Shown piece after piece: positions 56,607 through 64,000 of a stretch of DNA of 64,000 nt. Below the pieces are notes generated by a model. It was not told where the DNA came from and ran no database searches. It worked only from the letters and a program-made list of their open reading frames with translations. The stretch comes from an uncultured Candidatus Saccharibacteria bacterium (GTDB taxonomy: Bacteria; Patescibacteriota; Minisyncoccia; Phycocordibacterales; CSBR16-119). Where the stretch lies: positions 100,853-164,852 of the forward strand of contig CAZPVH010000001.1 in NCBI GenBank assembly GCA_964589975.1, read 5' to 3'. The first letter of the stretch is position 1, and each line of letters opens with the position of its first letter. The position numbers and the translations under genes are program-made.

Positions 56607-58327
56607 TGAATGATTCGAAAAAGACTTTCTTAGTACGAATACGCGTCCTATCGATCGGAGCCTTGATCGTCGGCGCTTTTATTTTGGTTAGACTCTTCTC
56701 TGTCCAGGTGGTCAAGAACGAGGCGTACGCTGACAAAGCTGATCGCTCGTATGTCCGCTCGAGTGATAATTTTGATCGCGGTGCGATTTACTTTTCAAAA
56801 AAGGATGGCAGCCGTATTTCGGCCGCTACCATGATGAGCGGCTTCAAGCTGGCCATCAAACCGAACCTTATCAAAGATCCCGGTGATGTTTATCCAAAAC
56901 TCTCTGAAATTATCCCGATCGAGAGAAAGGATTTCATGGATAAGGCAGAAAAAAAGGATGATCCATATGAAGATATTGCGGCAAAGATTACTCGAGAGCA
57001 GGCTGATGCCATTACCGCGCTAAATTTGACTGGGGTGGACCTTTATAAGGACCGATGGAGATTTTACCCAGGTGAATCTATGGCTGCGCATATTGTAGGT
57101 TTTTTGGGGTTCGGTAGTGAGAATATAATCTCGGGGCAATATGGATTGGAAAAGTATTTCAATGAGACTCTCAAAAAGGAAGAAGAGAATTTGTACGTGA
57201 ATATTTTTGCCGAAATTTTTTCTGGGGTAAAGAAGATAGTTTTTGAGGGGGACGAACGCTCGGGCGATGTTATTACGACTATTGAGCCAACGGTCCAGAA
57301 TTCTCTAGAGAAGGAACTCTTAGCCGTGATGGAGAAATATAATCCAGAATCGGCCCACGGGATAATCATGAATCCTCAAACAGGAGAAATTTATGGTATG
57401 GCCAAAATGCCTAATTTTAATCTTAATAATTTTAGAGATGTAGAAAGTGTTGAGGTTTTTTCTAATTCTTTGGTAGAAAATGTATATGAATTTGGTTCGG
57501 TCGTTAAGCCTCTTGTTATCGCAGCCGGAATTGATTCTGGCGTTCTTAATGCCTCAACGCCATTTTATGATAAAGGCTCTGTTACGGTCGGTGATAGGGA
57601 GATCTTTAATTTCGACAAACGCGGCCGCGGCCAAATCACGATGCAGGACGTTTTGTCAGAGTCACTGAACACAGGCATGGTCTTTGCCGAGCAGAAAATT
57701 GGTAAAGAAAAATTCCACAAATATATGACAGACTATCGCTTGGGCGAAAAGACCAACATCGATTTGCCAAACGAAGCCAAGGGTCTGTCGGCGAACTTGG
57801 ATTCCATGCGCGATGTCGAATTCGCGAACATTTCTTTTGGTCAGGGAATTTCCTTTTCGCCGGTTGCTCTGGTGCGCGCAATTTCGGCACTAGGCAACGG
57901 CGGATACTTGGTGCGCCCGCACGTGGTCAAATCAATTGATTTTCATGATGGGGGAGAGAAAACTTTTGAATTTTTGAAAACTGATCAACCGCGAGTTTTC
58001 AAAGACGGCACTTCAGAAGCGATATCAAAAATGATGGTTTACAGTGTCGACAATGTTTATGGCAATGGGAAATACAAAATGCCAAATTACAGTATCGCGG
58101 CCAAGACCGGTACAGCTCAGATTCCTGATCCCAAGGGTGGATACTATGAGGACCGAAATCTACACTCCTTTGTTGGCTACTTCCCGGCCACGGACCCACA
58201 GTTTATCGTATTCCTATCCATAATAGCCCCCAGGGGCGTTAAATATGCCGCTGAGACGCTTTCTGAGCCATTCTTCGACATGGCCAAATTCCTCCTCTCA
58301 TACTATGAAGTACCACCGGATAGATAG
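56603..58327 (+). CDS. ftsI: Division-specific class B penicillin-binding protein (PBP3)
   Basis: YEFGSVVKP, ESLNTG, ISFGQG, AKTGTAQ; dcw position. Confidence 0.85.
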   Translation: MMNDSKKTFLVRIRVLSIGALIVGAFILVRLFSVQVVKNEAYADKADRSYVRSSDNFDRGAIYFSKKDGSRISAATMMSGFKLAIKPNLIKDPGDVYPKLSEIIPIERKDFMDKAEKKDDPYEDIAAKITREQADAITALNLTGVDLYKDRWRFYPGESMAAHIVGFLGFGSENIISGQYGLEKYFNETLKKEEENLYVNIFAEIFSGVKKIVFEGDERSGDVITTIEPTVQNSLEKELLAVMEKYNPESAHGIIMNPQTGEIYGMAKMPNFNLNNFRDVESVEVFSNSLVENVYEFGSVVKPLVIAAGIDSGVLNASTPFYDKGSVTVGDREIFNFDKRGRGQITMQDVLSESLNTGMVFAEQKIGKEKFHKYMTDYRLGEKTNIDLPNEAKGLSANLDSMRDVEFANISFGQGISFSPVALVRAISALGNGGYLVRPHVVKSIDFHDGGEKTFEFLKTDQPRVFKDGTSEAISKMMVYSVDNVYGNGKYKMPNYSIAAKTGTAQIPDPKGGYYEDRNLHSFVGYFPATDPQFIVFLSIIAPRGVKYAAETLSEPFFDMAKFLLSYYEVPPDR

Positions 58328-58384
58328 AATATTGACATTGACCTGTTCATAGGGTAAATTCTGCTTGAACAAAAACCGAAGAAC

Positions 58385-58969
58385 ATGGAGCACAAATATT
58401 TCCGACTCAAGGATCTCGTCGGATTCATAAACGGTAGTAATGGTTGGGCCTGTCGAAGGATCCTTAGCGATAATGAGGAACTTTTTGGTGTGGCTCGTGG
58501 CTCGTCGCATAACCACCAGGCCTGGGAGGGTGGCTATCTCGATCATGTCACAGAGTGTATGAACATTGCTGTGGTTTTGTACGAAACGTTCGGGATGATT
58601 CGATCAGCTCGGGTCGATATTTCCGATGCGCTGCTTGTACTCTTCCTCCACGACATTGAAAAGCCGTGGAAGTACACACTGATGGATGGAAAGCTTGAAA
58701 TCAGGCCAGAGCTTGAGAGCAAGGCCGCTCAGCGTAAGTTTCGTGATCAAAAGTTCAAGGAGTACGGTCTTGGGTTGACTCCAAGAGTGCAAAACGCGCT
58801 CGAGTATGTCGAAGGTGAGATTCACAACCATTCTACGAAGGAGCGCATGATGAATGAGCTTGCGGCATTCTGCCACATGTGTGACATTGCTAGCGCTCGG
58901 TTGTGGCATGATTACCCAAAGGTGAATGATGAGTACGAGTGGTCGGGAAAAAGAGGACAGATAAGATAG
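58385..58969 (+). CDS. HD-domain phosphohydrolase (stand-alone unit)
   Basis: GSSHNHQAWEGGYLDHV, LFLHDIEKP, HMCD..SAR; TTGACA-17-TAAATT at 58332-58360; hairpin 58976-58999. Confidence 0.8.
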   Translation: MEHKYFRLKDLVGFINGSNGWACRRILSDNEELFGVARGSSHNHQAWEGGYLDHVTECMNIAVVLYETFGMIRSARVDISDALLVLFLHDIEKPWKYTLMDGKLEIRPELESKAAQRKFRDQKFKEYGLGLTPRVQNALEYVEGEIHNHSTKERMMNELAAFCHMCDIASARLWHDYPKVNDEYEWSGKRGQIR

Positions 58970-59089
58970 AAAGTGAAAGGCGGGCAAACCCGCTTTTTTC
59001 TATTGAAATTCAATCAAAACGGGACCCTTGCAACCTTCAGAGAAATAAGTATTCTAATGATAGATACGAACACTTAAAACCCACAACGA

Positions 59090-59986
59090 ATGCGAAGCGA
59101 AGCCCACGCAGAAAGCTCGGCCAAGATCTTTGGTGGCGAGCCCAAAGACTATCAGGACATTCATGCTGTCATCGACCAGAACAAGTCGGTACATGCCTCC
59201 CCAAAAGGACGATTCTTCCTGCATCACTATGACGTCGGAGGAGCGATTCTTGTGGATCTCTTCGGAACTGACGTGCTCAATTCGGCTGGTACGCTGGTTG
59301 ATGTGAAGGACGTCCTGATGCAGCATCTCATCGAGGACTATGGCCAAGTGCCGCTCTTCAAGGACTGGATCGATTCGTTTGCCATCGGTGAAGTTCCATT
59401 GAAAGCTTTCGACATTTTTCTTGCCAGGCCTCGTACCAAGGCTGAGCTCTTCGACAGGCTCGTCTCGGCGAAGCTCGTGCCGAAAGGTAGGAAGAGGGAA
59501 ATGTACGAGCTTCTGGGGCGGGTCTACGATACAGTGAGCCTGGAGAAGTACACCGAGGATGGCAGCATCAAGATGACAGCAGTCTCGCGCTGCATTTTCG
59601 GCCACTACACCGGGCTTGATCTGCTGCGCCGTATCATTAATGCGTCTGATCAGGCAGCTGACGATTTCGTTTTCCTGGTCTTCGGCGCAATGATGGACCA
59701 GAAGACGCTCGATCCGAAGCGGCCGAACATTCAGACCCTTCTCGACTGGATGAAGTCGGTCGAAGAACTGCCCTGGATGCTCCCTCCTAAGGATTTGGGG
59801 CGCCACAATCCGAAATTCGTGAAGGCCGAGATGGAGAAGATTAAGGCCGGTGGATCAGACGCTCTCGGAATCAAGAAAGGCAAGGAAAAACCGAAACCAA
59901 AGCTGACACATGGACAGATCGACGACTTCATGACATCTGGCCGCTATAGCGACCCTCACAAGTGCACTGGCGGACGTATGGACTGA
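59090..59986 (+). CDS. DUF6915-like protein with an apparent degenerate second copy (stand-alone unit)
   Basis: HAESSAK.FGG...DY..IH..ID..K...R..LHH....FG...NS.G..V.V....QH..ED.G.VP...DW; TTGCAA-16-TATTCT promoter; terminator 60001-60026. Confidence 0.65.
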   Translation: MRSEAHAESSAKIFGGEPKDYQDIHAVIDQNKSVHASPKGRFFLHHYDVGGAILVDLFGTDVLNSAGTLVDVKDVLMQHLIEDYGQVPLFKDWIDSFAIGEVPLKAFDIFLARPRTKAELFDRLVSAKLVPKGRKREMYELLGRVYDTVSLEKYTEDGSIKMTAVSRCIFGHYTGLDLLRRIINASDQAADDFVFLVFGAMMDQKTLDPKRPNIQTLLDWMKSVEELPWMLPPKDLGRHNPKFVKAEMEKIKAGGSDALGIKKGKEKPKPKLTHGQIDDFMTSGRYSDPHKCTGGRMD

Positions 59987-60000
59987 ATACAGAAGAAGCG

Positions 60001-60026
60001 AAAGGCGGGGATGACCCCGCCTTTTT
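60001..60026. terminator. Intrinsic terminator
   Basis: AAAGGCGGGG-atga-CCCCGCCTTTTT. Confidence 0.8.
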
Positions 60027-60104
60027 CTTTTGGTTTTTTCACCGTCTGTATTGACTCTTCGCTCAGAAGTAATAATATTTCCTTGAAACCAAAAGCACCC
60101 TAAC

Positions 60105-60818
60105 ATGAACGCCAAATTCAAGGCATTTGCGCGATCGGATGTGATTGACGCCATGCATAGAGATTTATTCAGCCACTGGGCTGGGGTGAAAGACGCGATA
60201 GTTTTCCTGGAACAAGACAGGAAATATCGCGCCTACTTTACCTTTATACGAAAACTCTGTGATCGCGTCGCAAAAAAGTGCGGTCCGGATTGGACGCCGG
60301 CAGAGTTTACCCGAAAACTTGTAGTCGAAGTTGAAAGAATTGAAAACTCCTCAAGGCTTCAGATAGTTTTCATTGATCCGGCAAAGATGAAACTTGATGT
60401 GGCCCGTATGGATCCGGGCGTCGGCGGCAAGCCGGCAAAACTTACTTTGAGGATTCCGAATTCGCGTAGGCGGAAGAGCCGGGTCCTCATAAGCGCATTT
60501 GAACTCAATATTCTATTTCACGAATTCTGCCATTTCCTGATCTCAATGGGGAATGGCGAGCCAAGCGTGAATCAGAGCCTTCATTGGATCAAGTGCTTGC
60601 ATAAAGTGATGAAGATGCGCGATAGCCGCGATACCAGAGAAGACAAACCCTGGGCTCTGGTGGAAATGCTTTGCGAAAGCGGAAGCCTGATTCTGCTTGA
60701 AGCAGCAACCAGACACATGGTTTTGAAGGGGCCATTTTATACGGACTTTCCGTGCAAAAAGCCCAATTATCGTAAGCGCCCCGGAAGGGGCGCTTATTGT
60801 TTTGTGCTATTTCAATAG
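60105..60818 (+). CDS. ORFan with HExxH zincin motif (stand-alone unit)
   Basis: ILFHEFCHFL plus downstream E.LCE; TTGACT-16-TAATAT at 60051-60078; leader AAACCAAAAGCACCCTAAC. Confidence 0.6.
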   Translation: MNAKFKAFARSDVIDAMHRDLFSHWAGVKDAIVFLEQDRKYRAYFTFIRKLCDRVAKKCGPDWTPAEFTRKLVVEVERIENSSRLQIVFIDPAKMKLDVARMDPGVGGKPAKLTLRIPNSRRRKSRVLISAFELNILFHEFCHFLISMGNGEPSVNQSLHWIKCLHKVMKMRDSRDTREDKPWALVEMLCESGSLILLEAATRHMVLKGPFYTDFPCKKPNYRKRPGRGAYCFVLFQ

Positions 60819-60845
60819 AAAAGCCCCACAATAGCGGGGCTCTTC
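60819..60845. terminator. Bidirectional terminator, AAAGCCCC family
   Basis: AAAAGCCCCAC-aata-GCGGGGCTCTT between convergent ORFans. Confidence 0.7.
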
Positions 60846-60851
60846 TTGGTG

Positions 60852-61424
60852 TCATGAGTGTGCAGGTGCGACTTGTTTCACTTCTCTTCCTGGAAGCGTC
60901 TTTGTCTTGCCGAGTGGTAGATGGAAGGTACGGGTCAATTTCTTTCCCCGCACCCATTTCATTTGGGGGCCGTAGATCCATTCCGGAAGATTCTCGTCGG
61001 CTTCTTTGTAAAGTGCGATTCTTTCCAAGTTTCGTTTTTTGTCGCGGAGCTTGTCTAGCTGGTCGGTTGCTGTCGCGCTTAGCTGGTTGCGGTGAATCTT
61101 CAGAACCAGGACCTTGCTTGAAAGGATGGGGTCGAGAAGGTAATGGAAGACATACTTCTTCTTTTCCTCATCATGCTCTTCGTGGCTTACCATGAAGTCA
61201 TGTGGGTGAGAGTCCAAAAGACGCAAAAGCATGTTGATAGAATCATCGTCAACCTTTGCTTTCCAGAAGGCATCATAGGTGTATGTCACTCGGCCACGCA
61301 TATTAGGCTGAGGGCCTCTCTGGCTTTCGTACATGTTCCATCCGATGTGCTTTTTGTTGAAATCCTTGATGCCGATAAGCGGTTCTGACAGGGTCACTTC
61401 AGCCTTTTTTATCCTTTTTGCCAT
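60852..61424 (-). CDS. ORFan (stand-alone unit)
   Basis: 190-aa ORF; TGnTAGAAT -10; leader GGAAAAACGCCCCGAAC; ends at the terminator. Confidence 0.65.
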   Translation of the reverse strand: MAKRIKKAEVTLSEPLIGIKDFNKKHIGWNMYESQRGPQPNMRGRVTYTYDAFWKAKVDDDSINMLLRLLDSHPHDFMVSHEEHDEEKKKYVFHYLLDPILSSKVLVLKIHRNQLSATATDQLDKLRDKKRNLERIALYKEADENLPEWIYGPQMKWVRGKKLTRTFHLPLGKTKTLPGREVKQVAPAHS

Positions 61425-61498
61425 GTTCGGGGCGTTTTTCCGATTCTAACAAGAAATTTGCTATAATGTCTATATTAGATTTAACAATGCATTTTCGT

Positions 61499-62515
61499 AT
61501 GGATAATAATCATCATGGATCGAAGTTATCTCCGAAGTTCTTTTTCCTCTCGCTAGGGGTTTTGGTAACTCTTATTGCCAGTGTTACAGCATTTCTCAAT
61601 CTGGTTTTTGAGACACTCAATCAGAAGTTTCCTGACGCGCTGAACTCCATGTATCAGTACGGATACAACACTTATAACTACGAAGGTATCAGAAGCGCCA
61701 TCGCGACTCTCATAATTGTTTTCCCGGTATATTTAATCCTTTCATATTTTTGGCGCCGTGTTGCGAGTGGAACGCTTGGGCGGATTGATCACGCTATAAA
61801 AAAGTGGATGCTTTATCTTATTCTTTTCCTCGCCGGTGTTGTCATCATTGTTGATCTCATAACACTTGTTCGCTATTTTGTCTCCGGGGAAATCACAACT
61901 CGCTTTATTTTGAAGGTCGTCGCAGCTCTCGCAGTCGCGAAGCTTGTCGGCTGGTTCTATATTTCCGAACTCAGGTCTCAAGCAAGCAGGAGCCTCGCGC
62001 GGCTTTTTGCCGGCGTCGGTATTGTTCTCGCCCTAGTGGCCGTAATTTGGAGCTTTAACGTTATTGGTAGCCCTGCCGAACAGCGCGCCTGGAGGCTCGA
62101 TGAGCGACGTGTACAGGATCTCCAATCCATCCAATGGCAAGTGATCTCGTTCTGGCAGCAGAAGGAAAGATTGCCGGAATCTCTAGAGGAAATGGAGGAT
62201 CCTATCAGTAGCTTCATGGCGCCGTTTGATCCTGAATTCGAGAAGGGTCGTACGTATGAATATAAAAAGACTGCGGATATGACATTTGAACTCTGCGCGA
62301 CTTTTAGCGCCGTCATGCCGGAAGGTTGGCAGGAAACAAAAGGATGGGGTGGCGGCATGCCGTTTGCTACTCGGGAAGCCGTCGACATGTCATACCCATA
62401 TCCAGGAGGCGTTGGTAACGATTCCTGGACTCACGAAGTCGGCCGAACCTGCTTCGCTCGAACTATCGACCCAGAGATCTATCCGCCATTCGATAATTTG
62501 CCGAAGCCTCTATAA
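61499..62515 (+). CDS. DUF5671-like membrane protein
   Basis: IATLIIVFPVYL, KKWMLYL.LF.A....DLITL..F..GEIT.RF.LK, GSP...R..RLD.RRV.DL..I, FELCATF. Confidence 0.7.
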   Translation: MDNNHHGSKLSPKFFFLSLGVLVTLIASVTAFLNLVFETLNQKFPDALNSMYQYGYNTYNYEGIRSAIATLIIVFPVYLILSYFWRRVASGTLGRIDHAIKKWMLYLILFLAGVVIIVDLITLVRYFVSGEITTRFILKVVAALAVAKLVGWFYISELRSQASRSLARLFAGVGIVLALVAVIWSFNVIGSPAEQRAWRLDERRVQDLQSIQWQVISFWQQKERLPESLEEMEDPISSFMAPFDPEFEKGRTYEYKKTADMTFELCATFSAVMPEGWQETKGWGGGMPFATREAVDMSYPYPGGVGNDSWTHEVGRTCFARTIDPEIYPPFDNLPKPL

Positions 62516-62550
62516 AAACAAAAGGCCCGCTAAAAGCAGGCCTTTTGTTT
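62516..62550. terminator. Bidirectional terminator
   Basis: AAACAAAAGGCCcGC-taaaa-GCaGGCCTTTTGTTT. Confidence 0.75.
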
Positions 62551-62551
62551 A

Positions 62552-63901
62552 TTAAATTTTTCTTATCTCAAAATCATCGCCTTTGTCCAAAATTTCAAAG
62601 CCGAGATTGGTTATTTGCTCGCGGAGATTGTCGGCCCTTGCCCAATCTTTTGCGGCTTTAGCTGTCGCGCGGTCTTGAACGAGTTTAGTAACTTCTTCCG
62701 GAATTTCATCACGGATCCAAGATTCCATCCCGAGGCCTAATACTCGATCCATGTCGATGAGGGTTGTTCTCTTGTCGGCATCAAGCATCTCTTTGTCTTG
62801 CGCAAGTTGCCACATGACTGACAATGCCTCGGCAGTATTTAGGTCTTCGTCGAGAGCTTCCTCGAATCTTTTCGTATATGCATGATTTAGTGCGCCGACG
62901 TCATTCCCGAGATTAAGATATAAGTTCTTAAGTTTACGGAGCGCATTTTGTGATGCCTCCAAGGCTTCCCAAGTAAAATTTATAAGGTTTCTGTAGTTTC
63001 CTTGGAGTAGGAAATAACGATAATCGATCGGAGAAAATCCTTTTTCTTTTATATCGATAAGTCGGTAATCATTCTTCAATGATTTAGACATTTTCTTGCC
63101 GTCGATCAAAATGTGTCCGTTGTGTAGCCAATAATTTACAAATGGTTCGCCTGAGGCGCACTCAGACTGAGCAATCTCATTTTCATGATGAGGGAACTGC
63201 AGGTCTATTCCACCGGTATGGAGATCGAAATGGTTACCAAGGTATTTCGTCGACATGGCCGAGCACTCGATATGCCACCCCGGACGTCCTTTGCCGAGTG
63301 GTGTGTCCCAAAACACATCACCGTCATTTTCATCCCATGCTTTCCAGAGCGCGAAGTCCTGAGCGTTTTCTTTGTCATATTCGTCATTTTTTATTCTACT
63401 CTGGGCAGCCTCTGATTTTTTCAAATCTAGGCCGGAAAGTTTTCCATACTCAGAATCTTTTTTGATATCGAAATAGATACTGCCGTCATCGCTTTTATAC
63501 GCGAAGCCTTTCTTGAGTAGCGTTTCAATCATCGATACCATTTCGCCAATGTGTTCAGTGGCCAAAGATTCGGTAGTCGGCGGAATAATATGAAGTTCAG
63601 CGCATTCCTCGTGAAATTTATCTGTATAAAACTGAGTAAACTCTTTAAGAGACTTTTGAGCGGCTTTAGAATCTCGGACTATTTTGTCTTCAACATCAGT
63701 AATATTCATGACGTGGTTAACCTCTAGGCCTCCATACTGGAGAGTTCTCTTTAGTAGATCGGCAAAGACGAAAGCTCGGTAATTTCCGATATGAGGCATG
63801 CCGTAAACCGTCGGACCGCAAGAATACATCCCAATTTTACCTGGGTTTATGGGCACAATTTCTTCCTCTTTCTTTGTCAGCGTATTGTATATCTTGAGCA
63901 T
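62552..63901 (-). CDS. cysS: Cysteine--tRNA ligase
   Basis: MYSCGPTVY..PHIGN, DFALWK, GRPGWHIECSAM, H.GG.DL.FPHHENE.AQS, KMSKS. Confidence 0.97.
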   Translation of the reverse strand: MLKIYNTLTKKEEEIVPINPGKIGMYSCGPTVYGMPHIGNYRAFVFADLLKRTLQYGGLEVNHVMNITDVEDKIVRDSKAAQKSLKEFTQFYTDKFHEECAELHIIPPTTESLATEHIGEMVSMIETLLKKGFAYKSDDGSIYFDIKKDSEYGKLSGLDLKKSEAAQSRIKNDEYDKENAQDFALWKAWDENDGDVFWDTPLGKGRPGWHIECSAMSTKYLGNHFDLHTGGIDLQFPHHENEIAQSECASGEPFVNYWLHNGHILIDGKKMSKSLKNDYRLIDIKEKGFSPIDYRYFLLQGNYRNLINFTWEALEASQNALRKLKNLYLNLGNDVGALNHAYTKRFEEALDEDLNTAEALSVMWQLAQDKEMLDADKRTTLIDMDRVLGLGMESWIRDEIPEEVTKLVQDRATAKAAKDWARADNLREQITNLGFEILDKGDDFEIRKI

Positions 63902-63921
63902 TCCGCTATTCTACCTTTTTT

Positions 63922-63951
63922 CTAGTCACTAGGCACTAGCCACTAATCACT
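63922..63951. repeat. Degenerate 7-bp tandem repeat (~4.3 copies)
   Basis: CTAGTCA CTAGGCA CTAGCCA CTAATCA CT. Confidence 0.7.
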
Positions 63952-63955
63952 CGTC

Positions 63956-64000
63956 TTACAGCCACTTTTTGCCTTTGAAATAGACAAGCATGATAAGTCC
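63956..64000 (-). CDS. 3' end of a membrane protein, probably CorA-family Mg/Co transporter (partial)
   Basis: ...GLIMLVYFKGKKWL* resembles typical CorA C-termini; only 14 codons are visible. Confidence 0.5.
   Translation of the reverse strand, partial: GLIMLVYFKGKKWL

Noticed and set aside
59054-59806. 250-aa antisense ORF opposite 59090..59986
   Set aside because: The plus-strand frame has the recognisable motif, promoter and terminator; the antisense frame is a high-GC3 shadow.
1-64000. CRISPR array or cas genes
   Set aside because: No regularly spaced 25-45-bp repeats with unique spacers were seen; the 19-bp duplication at 54905/54936 is explained by MraZ boxes.
1-64000. Alternative genetic code (UGA=Gly, as in Gracilibacteria/Absconditabacteria)
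   Set aside because: Core genes are full length in code 11, and TGA ends genes at their expected C-termini (e.g. rsmH, the sigma factor).

Overview
A chromosomal segment, most likely from a Patescibacteria/CPR (Parcubacteria-like) bacterium. The assignment is inferred from gene content, mostly SD-less starts, standard code with TGA stops and CPR-style surface proteins. The first ~23.5 kb is dominated by surface genes: three tandem secreted glycine-rich adhesin-like paralogues, two proteins sharing an unnamed domain, a 2391-aa repeat fibre with a glycine-rich tip and a DLAE autocleavage-type domain, a dockerin plus two cohesin-like genes, and a SASA esterase. leuS and murJ sit among these. The rest is housekeeping (topA, dprA, serS, dus, dnaX, typA, ABC exporter, mrdA, greA, lysS, mraZ-rsmH-ftsL-ftsI, cysS, tRNA-Gln) interspersed with about a dozen single-gene ORFan units. 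Each unit has its own TTGACA-type promoter, an A/C-rich leader and usually an adjacent terminator, whereas many core genes look leaderless. Main findings: a Bacteroidota-type primary sigma factor carried as one of these units; a LeuRS with the CP1 editing domain cleanly absent; a ~115-bp MITE-like element that duplicates TGAG and rebuilds the start codon of two genes; the cohesin-dockerin/fibre locus; and two promoter-to-terminator units with no clear protein (candidate ncRNAs). All family calls come from motif recognition by eye; no database searches were run.
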